DNA of 64,000 nucleotides from assembly GCA_012295275.1 (NCBI GenBank), contig CM022665.1, positions 26,970,001-27,034,000 on the forward strand, in the 5' to 3' direction. Shown one piece after another: positions 10,696 through 25,577 of this stretch (positions are counted from its first letter, which is position 1; every line of letters starts with the position of its first letter). The DNA is from Chrysomallon squamiferum. Its lineage: Eukaryota > Animalia > Mollusca. The notes below the pieces were generated by a model. That model was not told the origin of the DNA and did not search any database. It saw only the letters and a list, made by a program, of their open reading frames with translations. A program made the position numbers and the translations under genes.

Positions 10696-12203
10696 ATGTC
10701 TGCTGAAAGTCATCACAAGACAAACTTAGTTGGTAAAGTGAAGACCAGGTTATTGCTTAGAAAAAGACCACATGAAACCATGAAGTCCACAGACACTCAG
10801 TTTGAACAAAAACATGGCAGTGGTGATCCAGAAAATTCTAGACATTATAATGTGCCTTACTTTAAAAATAAACCTAGCTCAGAGATACAGTCGGATGAGC
10901 CATCTCGTGTAGGATTTGGTGGTAATGGAGAAGGCAACCAGTTTGGCAAAATGCAGTTTGATAATAGTTTTAGTGAAAAATCCAGTGAAGATGAATCAGA
11001 TGGGGAACTGCATACCAAGTACATTAAAACAAACAAAGATGCACAGCCAGCTGAATCCAGTTCAGTTGTTGGTCGGATGATGGTACAGTATTCAGAAACC
11101 AAATCTTTATCCTTCTTTTCATTTTAAGACAAAAATGATAGTAAACATGAAATAAAATGAAGATAAAGCCCATCCAGTTTTTATTATAATAAATAAATTA
11201 TCAGCCGATGGCAGTACCAGGAACATAAATAAATTGTTGTTTTCTAAATGATATACATACATATATATTTTATGGAATATGCATTTTAAATATTTTATTT
11301 TGCTTCTATAATTTGTAGTATTTTTTTAAAGTGTATAAGGATAATAATCTGATATAGTTCTTGCTCTCAAACACTTATTTATTTAATGTTTTTTGTTTGC
11401 AAATAATGAAATTTACTGTATTAAAAATAAATCTTTTCTTTTTTCTTTTCTTTTTACATTGAAAGACTATACAAATCTATTTGATTAAACAATGTAGAAT
11501 TTCAGATGAAATTGCATTCAAGTGACAGCTCTTAGATATAATTGCATATGTGATATGTACATTGAACAAATGAGAACATTTCTCATGGTAAAATGTTTTT
11601 TTTTGACAATCTGCCTGACTCAAACATTTCTGTACAAGGCTTTAATTATTTCATTTTTTGTTTAACATCAAACTTTTTTCCATCATTACTTTTTTCCATC
11701 ATTACTTTTCAAGTTTTAAATATCTAATTAGTTCAGAATAAATTACAGTATATTCTTTCAGTGTGAAACCAGCAATATGATAATTTACTCATTTATGTGT
11801 TAAGAAACTGACATATTTTATCATATAGTGTTGAATGTGGAGTATTTTATGTATTTATTTATTTTTATAATTTTTTTAAATTTATTTATTTTTGATGTCT
11901 AAATAACTTAAATTTGTTCTTTTAGGCTAAGATGGGTTACAAGGAAGGCAAAGGTCTGGGAAAGTTTGGTCAGGGTCGTGTTCAGATTGTTGAGGCTTCA
12001 AAACATAGAGGACGACGGGGACTTGGTATGAAACTGGAAGGACTGGAAGCTACTGATGTTGAGTGGAATTTTGAAATGGAAGAGGTAAAATACTTTTGGT
12101 GTTAATTTATTTATGACGTGAAGGTTTTTTTCCTTCATTGATGTTATTTCTTTTCTTTTCTTTTTTTTTTATTTTTTTGATATATCAGATTTCCTTATTT
12201 ATG

Positions 12204-12237
<34 letters not shown>

Positions 12238-13467
12238 TTATTAATAAGTGAACTTTTAAAAAAAAATTATAAATTAAAAAAAATAAAACAATTGTTTTGG
12301 TTTATTAAAATAAAGAAATAACTTGACTTTTTTTTTTTTTTTAATTTGGGTGTGTTCAGAGATGGTGGTATTGTTTTTTAACTGCAGGTTGCTGTTGAGG
12401 AAGAGGTGGAGTGGATTCCATCTTGCCAGCTACCTGTTCCGTCTCTAGATGAAATGTTGTCATGGAAAGTTATTGGCCCAGTGAGTTATTTGTGTTTCTT
12501 CATCTTTTTTTAATCATTCCTGTACAAGCTTAATAAACAATAGGCCTAAATATAAATAATAACTTTTATTAATCCTGTTATTGACAGTTTGAATTTTAAA
12601 ATAAAACTTTATTGTCTTCATAGTGTTATTATTTAATAAAAATTATTTTCTGTTAATACAAGCTAACTTTTTCTTCCATTAAAGATTTATTGAGTTTAAC
12701 CCTTTGAACCCGCCAGGCCAGTTTTCCGGCCTGAGTGTATAGTATATGCATCCACTCGGCTGCTTTACCAGCCTCCATTTGTTTGTTTACTCCTTGATAT
12801 CTAGCAACTATTCAACCAATCAGAGACTGTTTTACTTTGCAGTTTCCACTCATATGCTCAGCAATACTTCAGGCAGGAAGCTTTGAGAATTTTTTTAACA
12901 CACCAGGCCAATTTTACAGCCTGAACGTGTAGTATATATACCTTCAAGGCCACTTTACCAGCCTCCGTGTGAGTTTGTTTACACCTTGATATCCTAGCAA
13001 CAGTTTCTGCTCCTATATTCGGCCATACTTTTGGCAAAATATTGCAGATCTTTTTAGTATTTTTCACTATAAGAGCGGTAAGAAAGTGACAACTGAGCAG
13101 GCATTACGAATGTTTACATTCCATGTGTTTGTTGAAAAACTCTGCCATGAACTTGTAGGCAGTTATCGCTGTCTATTATCGGTGAAAGAGCCCCCCATGC
13201 AATATCAAAAAATAGGTGTGTAGTATGTTTGGAAAAGCACAACAAAGCCAGCCAACAAAATCCTAGTGCTGCATATAAGGACCTTCCCAAAAAGTCAAAA
13301 ACAGTTTACTGGTGTAACTAATGTAAGGTTTTCTTGTGCATCGGGTTACCACAGCAAAACTGCTGGCATGATTTTTTGGCAAATTTTCACTGGGAGCTCA
13401 GGGTGAAGACCATATAAGGATGGAGTCATAGGGTTCAAAGGGTTAATGTATCTGTTTGTTTGTTTGT

Positions 13468-13505
<38 letters not shown>

Positions 13506-16500
13506 TAGTTTTTTTAATAGCCAGCGTATCATATAAGTTTGTTATTTCTTTTATGTTAAATCTTTTTTTCTTTTTTTTTAATCTTTAACAACAATGTCTG
13601 TAATCTTGCAGAAAAAGAGAACAATTGATGATGAAGACAGATTTTGCCCTGCTAAGCTTGTAAAACTTATAATAAACTCAAAGGTATTTATTTTTATTTC
13701 CTTTCCTATTTTACTAACATGTAATTACATCTATTTTTTTTATTACTTATGTTATATACTATTAAAATATTTCTTCTAAACTAAGCCATTTTATATTTTT
13801 AAAATTTTATTTATTTTTCTTTCCATTATTTCATTGCTTAAATTATTGATGGATATGTAAATAAATATAGAGAAAAGATAAAACATTCTACATTTATTTT
13901 ATTGAAAATTATTTATGGTCTGGATTTTTCACAGTAAGGCTCAAAGATTTCCCCTGGGTTTTTTTTTGGTTGTGATAAAGAATGTTTAAGTTCTCATAAT
14001 TATTCCTTGAATTACGTTAATGAGAAGTAGTGAAAATATATATATCAGAATAAAAATATTGTTTGACAGTCTTTTAGTTTCTTTTTCAAATTTAGGTTAT
14101 TAAAATTTTGACAAGTCTGAATGGATTTTACTTTTTTAAAGAATGTTTTTGATCTGCTGGAACCAGAAGAAATGCGAAGAGCAAGAACTCGATCGAATCC
14201 TTATGAAACAATCCGAGGAGTTTTCTTTTTAAACAGGTTGAATTCAGTCTTGTATACTTTAATAAAATCGCTGATACACAAGAGATTTAGTACCATGTTT
14301 TTACAGGTTTCAGATTAATCTTAAAGTTAATTATATAATTAAATAAATATCTTTTTTTTTTTTTAAAGTTTTATTAATGAAAATATTTCAAATGTTTCAA
14401 ATCACTTTATTTCAGGATTTCCAATCATTCACATATAACTGACAAATCTAGGTGGGAAATACTACAACTTAGGAAATTATTTGTCTAACAAACTAACTTA
14501 AAAGAAAATATTTTTGAACGTATTTATTTTCCTTATTTCAGGGCGGCTATGAAAATGGCAAATATTGACGCAGTGCTTGATTTCATGTTTACCAATCCCA
14601 AAGATGCAAATGGTGTAAGTATTTTTTATTTAACACTAACCCAAAGCACTGTTGTTAAGAAATAAAAACATATTTTATAAGTAACTCTCTTATAAAACAT
14701 CCCTTTTTCAGCATCCAGTTGTTGGTAGTAATGAACTTCTCTATTTTGCTGATATCTGTGCCGGTCCAGGAGGATTTAGTGAATATGTTCTATGGAGAAC
14801 AAAGGGAGATTCCAAAGGTTTTGGTTTCACTCTAAAGGGCAACTGTGACTTCAAACTGGAGGATTTCTTTGCAGGACCTTCAGAGATGTTTGAACCTCAT
14901 TACGGTAACTAAATGATTGTCTGTATGTGTCACTGTTAGTCTGCTGTAACAACAGAAGAACTGGAAAATATTTTTAATTGATGAAAGTATCACAGTGTTT
15001 TTTGTTTGATGAAGATATTGAAAAAAGATCAACTACACTGTAAATTATTATAATACAAAATCTGACATTAGTTTGAGTGATCTCACAAATTTATTCTTTT
15101 CAGATCTTTGCCAATATATTTTCATTATAAATCTAGCTTTTATTGCCAGCACTGAAGAAGATAATGAAAACAAATATCAACTACTCGTAAATTATTCGAT
15201 GTTAAAACAGTAACTGAAATTACTGATTCTTTTAAAACAAAAAACAAAAAATAAAAATAAAAAAATGAATAAAAACAAAATCATTTATAAAGCTTAAGAT
15301 GTTACATTTTAAAATGAAGAAAAAAGTTGTAATTTTTATTTTTTCCCCCACCTTTTCACCAGGTGTTGGAGGTCTTGATGGTGATGGAGATATTTTCAAT
15401 CCAGCCAATCAGGAAGCTTTTACTAAGTTTGTCTTGGATCAGACAGATGGCAAAGGAGTCCATTTTGTTATGGCTGATGGGGTAAAGAAATATTTTACAG
15501 ACAATAATTTTTCAATAGCTTTATTTTGTTCTGAATTTGGAAATACAGCAGTAATCCATTTCTGAAAAAAAAAAAATGAATGGATACACTGAACAAACTT
15601 TCGTATACTGATGTTCTTAAAAAGATAAAACAAATAAAAGCAGATTTTGCAACCAATGTTAAATATGGTGGCCATGACAGAGGAGTTTGCTTTGGAGAAA
15701 AATACAAAAAAAGCTGCAGTCATCAGTGACAGACTATTTCTCAGCTGACGCTTGATAGATGTTTAACATTTGTAATAAAACATACTCCAGGTTCAGGTCA
15801 TTTTAATCTTGATAAATCAGCACTTTGTTTAAAACAGTGTATCACTTCGGTTCCAAGTGAATCTGGTTTTGGCAGATTCCATTGTGTGTATGTGTGTGTC
15901 TATATATGTTTGCACACACAGAGACACATTTTTTTAAAATTATTATTATTTTTTTTATTATTCGTTTCAAAAGGATATGTGTTGTTTGTGTATGTGTAGT
16001 TTGTGTACACACAAACACAGACACACACACACACTTAAACATATCCAATAATAATAATAGCAATATACATTTACAGAGTTCCCCATACACAATAATTGTT
16101 CCGCTATACACTTACGGTAGTGGAAAAGAATTGACGTGGCAAAAATGAATATAACCCTGTCTAGGGAGCAATTTGCTATGAATACAGTTACATAGCAGGG
16201 TCTTACACAATAGCAATAGTTGAAGCAGGAACAGTTTATTAATCATAGGCTTCACAGAAGAGATTATATTTAAAATTGGCCTCAGTAAGTTACTTTAATT
16301 TTTAAAAATATGGTTAAAAGCAAAAAAGTAAAAATATATAAGAAGGTGCATGCTTGATATTGTCATTTGATAAGGTAGTAGATTGTGATTCATCCACCCA
16401 CAAACATAAACACACACACATATAAATAAATTAAATGCATAAACTTGACAACTAATAACTGATAAAATGTTTTAAAATGTTCATTCATTCAAGTTCATAC

Positions 16501-17494
16501 ATTTTTATTTTGATATTTTTAAATATAGCAATAAACAGGGAAACCTGCTTCACCAAATTATTTATATGCACTTTCAACAGCCTTTGATAACCCAGTCATG
16601 AAGAATAGGCTATAAAACATTATTTATGTTAATTTATTAGAGAAATGCCTTTTGAAATGGACAGCACTGACATGAAAAAAAGGCATTCTGGGTGGTATTT
16701 AATGGAGTATTTCTTCTAAGTAATAAGATTTTTGAAAATGTTTTTCAAGGGTTTCTCTGTAGAAGGACAAGAAAACATTCAAGAGATTCTGTCCAAACAG
16801 CTGTACCTCTGTCAGTTCCTTGTAGCTTTGTCAATTCTTCGGGAAGGTAATATTTAAATTTCCTTTAGATAATTCTCTTGCTGCTAAGAATAAATAATTT
16901 GTAAACAAAAAACTCATTTGTGTTCACTCTTTCTGTTCTTTTTCCATTTTGAAAATTGAATTTGAAAAATAATGCAAATACTTTATTACTTGATTTTAAA
17001 AATTTGAGATATTTTGTTCAGTGGTTTGTTTTACTTATGTATTCTAATATTACAATATAAACGTTTCATTTATTTATATATATTTGTAGGTAATAATAAT
17101 AATTATTATTATTATTGCTTTTTTAAATTTATATTTATATGTAGATGTTAAATTGACTGTATAGTTATATGTTTATGCATGAGTATATAAAATATTAAAT
17201 ATGTTTCTGTTTTTACTGTTATATTACATTTATTATTATTATTGTTATTATTTTTAATTATTATTTTTTATACCATTGTTGCAGGAGGAAACTTTGTCTG
17301 CAAGTTGTTTGACTTGTTTACTCCCTTCAGTGTAGGTCTTGTTTATCTGATGTACCGAGCATTCAACCAGGTGTCCATCTTCAACCCAGTGACCAGTCGC
17401 CCAGCTAATTCAGAAAGGTAGCTTTTTTGTAATATGTATGTTTTTAAATATGTTAAATTTTGTTGATGGTTAATATATATTATTAATATATGGT

Positions 17495-17545
<51 letters not shown>

Positions 17546-18026
17546 TGTGTCAGTTTAATTTCCAAAAAACTGATACATATTTTGTTTTTCTATGCTAACA
17601 GTATTTTTTTATTATTATTCCATTCAGTTCCTGATTTTAATGGCAATTTCTGTTTGCTCAAAAATATATTTAACAAACAAAAATATCTGACATATGTATT
17701 TGTTATATATAGTTATACCAAAGACTGAAATTTAAACATTTTTTTCCCATTCCAGATACATCATTTGTAAAGGCAGAAGACCAGACAGTGAACCTGTTTT
17801 GGAATACATGAGACATATTAACCGTGACCTGTGTAAACTTCTCACATCCACATCCACAGAAGATGTTAATGAAATTGTCCCATTTGAAATGTTGAAGACT
17901 GATGAGAAGTTTTTTCAGTACATCAGAGAATCCAATGAAATGTTAGTTGGACATGTTTAAACATATAATTATTCTAGTAACTGCAGATAACATATATTAA
18001 TCCATTCACAGAAGAATAAGGAATGA

Positions 18027-18072
<46 letters not shown>

Positions 18073-20974
18073 ACGTATAAACATACACACACACACACAC
18101 ACATAAATACTTATACATTTGTACAAATGTATGCATGGTTAGAACAGAAAAGTAAATTATCCAAAATGATTTTAAATAATAATAATAATAAAGAGAAAAA
18201 AATAAAAATAAAATATGTATATGTATTTTTTTTTTTTTTTTTTTTTTTTATTTTCATTATCATTATATTTATTTATTTATAACAACTTTTTAGCATTTTA
18301 ACAGATTATTAAAAGTTAACTACGTATTTACAGGATTTGTTTTTACTGTAATTATTAACAGAAATTGTTTTAATGTTTTAAATATATATTTCAGCATTGG
18401 AAGAAACCAGGTGGTTAACTTGAAGAAGATTCAGATGTTCACCCAAAATGTGTAAGTAATGAATAAAACAATTTGACTAAAACAGTGCTTCCATATATTT
18501 TACATTAACAGCAATTAGGTTTTTAGTTTTGAAATAAAATTAGAATAAATTGATGACTCGAGTGTGCACAATTCTGCAGACAGAAGAACATGTTTCTCAA
18601 AGTCTTTGTTATATTACTGATACTGAGATTTGTTTTTAAACTCTGAATTTTTTTAATATCACTTTTTTTATTTTGGCTAGGAAGGTTGTTCTTGCTTTAT
18701 TGACACACGATCTGTTTATTTTCACTTAATAAACAGTACAGAAATAATTCTTTTGGTCTGCATCTTTTTTTATTAAATATATATTCTGATGTTAGAGGAT
18801 ATATTTTTTTTACTGAGATAATTACATTTCTGAAAAAATGAATTTCAAATTGCAGAAACCTTTATGAAGAAAGACAAGCTGATATTAGAAAACAGTGTCT
18901 TGAAAAATGGAAGGTAAAAAAAAATTAAATGGATGTGTATCTGGAGCTGAGGATGTGTGTGTGTGTGTGTGTGATCACACTAAAGATAATGTAAACTACA
19001 TTTTCTGTGCTTCAGTTCTTTATTTTTATTACTAATCTTTGCTAAAAACATAATAAGAGAACAGATGGCTACAACATTTTTCATTTGTTTGATAATATTA
19101 TTTCATAAATAGAAAATGTTAACAACCACAAAAGATTTATATGAGTTAATCTTTGCAAAGTTTCTATGGAAATAAATAAAACTGTCAAATGAAAGGATAT
19201 AAAGGATGCTTCTTCAGTTTAATCAGTTAAATTTTATTTTTATTTGTATACCATTGTCTACATATTTGTGGTCAAAATAGAGTAAGCTTGATGGAGATTA
19301 ACTACTTAAAAAGTAAAAGTATGAATCTGTTTGTAAGTAGCTATATAAGAAATAATTTTAAATACACTTTAATGATTCAAAATATATTTAATTTAACTGG
19401 ATATTTTCTGTTCTTTGTTTTTTTGTTTTTTTTATTTGTATAGTTACTCTTAATTCATAATGGCCTAATAACATGTTTTTAATACACACCTTTCTATGAT
19501 TTTACTTTTTGTTTGATTTTCATAACACTAATACATTGGTTTTGTTTTATATTTCTTCTGTATTTTATTTACATTTAGATACCCGATGAGTTCAGGAAAG
19601 CTCCACCTCGTAGAGAACCATTCAAGAAATTTTCTGAATTAATTGGTGTAAGTTAACTGAATATGTAATTAATCTCTTTGCCTCATTCATTGTGTGTTTA
19701 TTTATTACTTCATGGTTGACACTACTTTAGAAATAAATAAAATAACTGCTCAAGTTGTAGCAGTAGTGTAACAGTCATTGTTTGCTGTACTAATTCATTC
19801 TCAGTCTTAGAATGAGATTTTCCTGTTTTCATTTCTGTGTAAATATATTTGAAATAAATTCAAATAGTCTGTGTCAAAATCATGATTAAGAAAAAGCATT
19901 TGTAATAGAAATTAAGGACTAACTGTTGAATAAATAAACAGACAATTAAAAATTTTTTTTTTTTTTTTTTTTTTGTTAACAACATTTATTAGGTACTAAT
20001 TATACATTGGTCTTATACTATGATACTGGGAGTCATTCTGCTGCCATAACAGTATTATCTTAGAAGCAAAAGATTTTTTATAATAATCATTGACAGAAAA
20101 TCACATACCAAGTATCAGTTGAATGAATAACTGGCTAGAATGAGGTTTTTTTAGGTGGCAACAAATATTATTATATGTATGTATGTATATATGTAATGCA
20201 TTCCTCTGAAATGTTTCCTTTTTAGGACGACAAATTAGATTACTTCAGTCACATTCCAGAAAAACTAACGAAAGAGAACCTGTCCTCCATTCACAGTATC
20301 TATGATTACATGTGTCTTGTTACTGGTGGTGACACTAGATGTTATCTTCTTGGTCTGGGAGTAAGTGTTTTGAACTGTTGTTAAAAAAAATGTTTTATTA
20401 TTTAATATTTATTGATTTGGTTTATTTATGCACCACTGTTAAGTTATTTTTTGTTATTATTTATGTGTGTATTGTTTTAATTTTATAATATTTCTTTGTA
20501 AATGTTAGACATACAATATGAGTCTGTAAATAGGAGAAAAATATCTGTATTTATTTTTTTTTCCCATCAGAGAACATTTTTTAATAATTTAGATTTTTTA
20601 ATACTAGCCTTGACTCAATTTTTTGGTCATTTAAAGAAAAAAGAAAATTATTCTTACCACTAAAACATTTATTAATGGTTGGTATTTTTTAAATAAAATT
20701 ATTTTGTTTAATGTATTGTTTAAAGCATTTACAGATTTAACATCAAGCAGTTTTATTATCATTGAAAAAAAATTTCTTTCAGAAATTAAATGTGTATAAA
20801 TGGGATGGCAAAAAGGAAGCAAAATGGATGAAGTTAGAAGAAAGTCTTCATGTTGAATTGCCATCTGATACACTTCTTGAAGTTGAGGTGGTGCAGGAAT
20901 TAAGAGGCGAGGTTAGAGTCTTAATAAGTCTTTCATTAAATAAACCAACGTAACAACATATATTAGATCTGCGA

Positions 20975-21037
<63 letters not shown>

Positions 21038-23894
21038 TGTTTGTACATAATACTTCTATATGGTTTTTATGATACATGTCTGTGTGTATGTATATTTGAT
21101 GATGCCACAAAGGAAAGTATTATGAAGTATACATTTTTATAATTCATAAGGAAACTTAAATTATTAAAACATAGTTACAAAAATATATGTTTTATTTTTT
21201 CTCTTTTACATCAGGGCAGAGGTCAGAGAAGACAAATGACTGTTCATGTTCTGGATGCTTTGTTTCTTTGTGGAAAAGATGTGAGAATGAAACACTTCAG
21301 GGAAAGGTAACACTTGAATTCTAATATTTTTCTATATCTGTTTACAATAGTGGTTCTTACCTTTTTATTTTTCATTGTGTCATTTCAAAATAGCTGTGTC
21401 TTCTGGATTAAGTTTTATACTATGACTAAAGTATGGTGAATGCTGCAAGTGATTATGAGCATTTGTGCATCATAAATGTATAGCTTTTACTTTCACCCTG
21501 TGTTTTCATAATGTCACAGCGGTATGCTCCTCTTATAGAATCAGTGGTTTACAGCCCAGTATCATTCTGTGTATAAATCATTACACACACTTCTGTCTGT
21601 GTGGCCTGCTGAAATCACAAAACATTTTGTTTATTTGGTGAAACTATATATAAAACTCACTGAAGTAATCAGTTAGCTGTGTTTAAGATCCAGTTAAGTT
21701 TAGATTTCCAATATAAACAAACTTTTAAATGAAATAAATGTTCACAAGCAAAAAAGTAAAAGAAAGCCAAACACAAGGATTTATAACAATGCAAATTGGA
21801 ATTTTATAATTTACAATAAATTTAACAGTACATTTCACAAGTTCTTTATTTTTAATTATTTTTTATTTAAGAATTTGATGGTTTTATTTTTATGTTGATC
21901 AATTTATTTCAGACGTGAGAAGTTACAGAAGTTTGTCAAAGCAATCAAGAAACCCACACGCTCAGATTTAACACCTGTCAGTTTACCTGAGACATTTAGA
22001 CTGGAAGATATTGAACATGTCTTTGAAAGGTATTTCATATATATAATTTACCCAATAAATACAATGCTGTTCAGGTTGAAATTGTCTGATCATTTATTAA
22101 AACCATTATTCTATTGGTGACAAAAACACACTTGCATTTTGTTATAAAACCATAAAAATAATTAAACCTGTAAAAATGGTTATGGTGACAAAAATGAAAT
22201 CTTTTTTGTTTTACTCCTTTTGATAAATACAAAAAGAAAATATACTTAAGTTACTAAAAGTTTTATTTTTTTATTTTTAAGACTAAAGCAGTAATTTGCA
22301 TTTGGTTAAATGAAAAGATTAATAAATACTTTTATTTCACTATTCTGTTTACTGAATTAAATTGTGAAATGAGTCAAGTAGTTAGAGCACTGGTTATCAG
22401 TCACATGATCAAAGCCTGCTACTGTTAATATTAAAAAGGTATTTGTGTCATTAAGCAGTATTCAGGCTACTCGAAATATGTTAGGTATTTATTTTATCTT
22501 ACACTTCGTAATGTTAGTGGTATTTAATGTATTTTACATTAAGTTTTATTATGGGTATTTATTTCATTTTGATATTTTATTTTATTCCTTATCTATTTTA
22601 ATTTTTAAGTTTATTAGTGGTCATAATAACAAGAGAATTAGGTATTTATTTATTCGTACACTATGTAATACAACTGATATTTGACATTGTTTCATTTTAT
22701 GCTGTGTATCATTTTATATATGTTAAAAATATTTTCTTTATTTCTAGACTGGACATGAAGATTGTGAAAGGATCTCAAAACATGCCAAGACTTTGCTATC
22801 AAACAAATGAGGACCACTTCTTTCACCCAACAGGAATTTATTTCATCAAGACAGTTAAAGGCAGTGCCCAAATTTTTTTTTTTTTTTTTTCTTTAATATC
22901 TTATTTGTATATTATTGGTGAATATTTTAGGCCAAAATGAATTTGAAAGAAAGAAAAAATCAAAAAGATCAAGTAGTTAATAGAATCACTGAGATAAAAA
23001 GAAGCTTCAGTTAAATTTCCAAAAATTGAATATAACCACCAGAAATTACTGCAACAGTGAAATTTTTTATTATTTTCCTTATAATTATTTGTAAAACACA
23101 TCCCAATTTCAGATGTATAATGCTATCATTTATTTATATCAATTTAAAGTTGAAATAAGTAAATAACTTTTTTAATTTATTATAGATCCATACATGATGG
23201 CATTTAGTAAATCATCTCAGAAGAAGTATTGGTACAACATACACACAAAGAATTCAACATTTGACTGTACTCAAGAATGCATAGCATCTGTCAGGTAAAT
23301 ATATTTTAACTGAATATTAAGCCTTGAGACCAGAAATGATCTTCCTGTTTTTTTCTGGACAAAGGCTTAATGAATAAATAGTGAAAAGTAAAGAACATAA
23401 TTGTATTTAATGGACACAAATTAATGCATTACTAAAGATTGGTCTTTGGTAATTCCAGTTTAATCAAAGCCCAATAAATAGTATTGTATGTATTTGTGTG
23501 TGTGTTTGTATGTATACTTATATATATAGAAATATATCCTTTAAAGATTGTTAGTGAAACTACTTCATTAACTGCAGATTAAGGATTTTCAATTTTCCAC
23601 TTTTTCAGTTCAATATTGTGTCCACTAGTTTAATAAATACCACTGAGTGAGCTTTCCACTGTAATGATTCCTTGCTGCAAATATAATCATTTTACAAACA
23701 CTGTACATACATTTGAAATCTGGTGATTATAATTTTATTTTTTTTATTTACATTTTTATTAAAGAGATGGAAAGCTTCACAGTCTGCAGTGGATGTGGAA
23801 AGATGGGGCCAAAGTTCATGACAGCCAGACTTCAGCAGATCCTTCCAAACTTTCTCGAGAAAACATGTTAAATTTTGTGCACAGCAAAAGGTGA
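10696..23894 (+). CDS. CMTR1: Cap-specific mRNA (nucleoside-2'-O)-methyltransferase 1 (FTSJD2/ISG95), multi-exon
   Basis: ATG at 10696, first coding exon to 11082. G-patch exon 11926-12084 ([18 protein letters not shown]...RRGLG). RrmJ/FtsJ methyltransferase motifs [68 protein letters not shown] and [10 protein letters not shown] span 14142-17940. GTase-like region about 20780-22860. WW-like exon about 23186-23294 ([18 protein letters not shown]). Stop TGA at 23892-23894. Confidence 0.96.
12700..13442. mobile_element. Non-autonomous piggyBac-type element (MITE), 743 bp, in a CMTR1 intron
   Basis: Perfect 12-bp terminal inverted repeats CCCTTTGAACCC (12700-12711) and GGGTTCAAAGGG (13431-13442) are flanked by TTAA on both sides (12696-12699, 13443-13446). 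An internal ~45-bp direct repeat lies at about 12764 and 12953. No transposase ORF. Confidence 0.85.
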
Positions 23895-25577
23895 TCAGAC
23901 ATTTCAGATGTAAATGGACGTTTCTACTCCTGACTTAAACTGTAATGGCTGGTGCCAGTCACTTTCTTTGTAGCAAAACTGAAATTTTACTGTTTACATT
24001 AAACTATAAAAATAAAATGATAAAACGCTTTTTGAAAAACTAACACTAGTGTAGACTATTTTCTGTCAAAATAGCATAAGTATTGGCAGGTTTTTAACAG
24101 AAGTAACTTCAGTGTCCACATTTATTGAAAAGGTAACATTTCTGTTGACAGTTTGTTTACAGGAGAAACAAGATTATTATTGCATTCAATTTATCACTAT
24201 GTAAAAAGTAACATGACTATTCACTGTATAGATACAAAATAATGATAACTGTAACATATGTAAACAGTTAACAGAAAATTTTATTTATCCCTTGATGGTT
24301 AATTTGAAGGAAATACAACTTTGTTGACAGTTGAGTGAAAAGGAACGTTATTAAATGTTTTTTTATAGGAAAACTTGAATCTTTAATTAGATTTGTAAGG
24401 TTCAATATTTTTAGATGAAAGTTAGGAATATTATTTTATAGTTACATATATAAACTTTCATAATTGTTTTAAATTATGATTAATGTTACTTTAAAATTTT
24501 TAGAACTGGAACATTTTTTTTTAATGCTATCTATGAACTGTATTTGCACAATATTTTTGTAAATCGTTAGCATGTTATTAAGCTATTTTTTAAAAATAAA
24601 TTATACTCAAGGTGAACTTTAAAATTTTTTGTATGCACATATTTATAAAAATAAAAGTACTTAATCTTTTTTCTAAAAAATTTTAACTGTTTTATTGCCC
24701 CACAGACTGTAATTACTACATTTCAGTTTCATAACATGCTATACATATACATATTCTCATAGATTTTTATAGGGAGTATTATAAAAAATCTTTTTACACT
24801 TACAAAACATTTGCCTATTCTTTAACCACTTTTACCTTGCAGTCATCTGTTGTATTCATATCCTTTTGAAAAATTTATAATGTCATTATAATTTAAATAT
24901 ATTTTATAATAATAGAAATAAATTTTGATCAGATGCATTTTTGTGGTGAGGGTGCATAAAAATTGAAATTAGATAAATATCATCCATGACTATAATTAGC
25001 TAGTTTGCTTCATTTGTGAACCAATGAGCAGTTTTTAATTACAATGCAACAAATGCCTCTGATATATTTTTCATGTCTGTAGGATGTTTAGCAACTAATC
25101 GTATATTAATAGTTCAATGGCAGGTGGCATTAATCAAAATTAAATCACATAAGCGCATAAAAAAATAAAAATAATGCTTTTGATTCTTGAGATGTCATTA
25201 ACACTTTAAATTCATCTTAATCTGAAAAATAATAATATTCAACCCTTGATTTAAGCTTCATAACATTCTAGTTCTCCTACTACAAAATCTTAATAAGATA
25301 CTGGTATTTTTATATTACTGTTAAATTTAAAGATTGAATAGAAAAACATTAAATTCTTGCTAGATCCTTCTGGAAATCAAAAATTGGTCATTAATAATTA
25401 TTTCACTCCAGAAGTTGTAAAAGGTGATTAGATAATATTGTGTTGGCTGTTTTTTCCTATCTACAGTAATGCAACATGAAACCCTTTTAATAAGATGGGT
25501 ACAAGTAAATCTTCAAAGTCCATTGAAACACAAGAGTTTTATTACCAACAAAAAATACCATGCATGAGTGAATTTAT

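Noticed and set aside
10857-11102. Antisense ORF overlapping CMTR1 exon 1, and similar short ORFs such as 25495..25788 and 28769..29095
   Set aside because: They are shadow frames of real exons or low-complexity intronic sequence with no recognisable domain.
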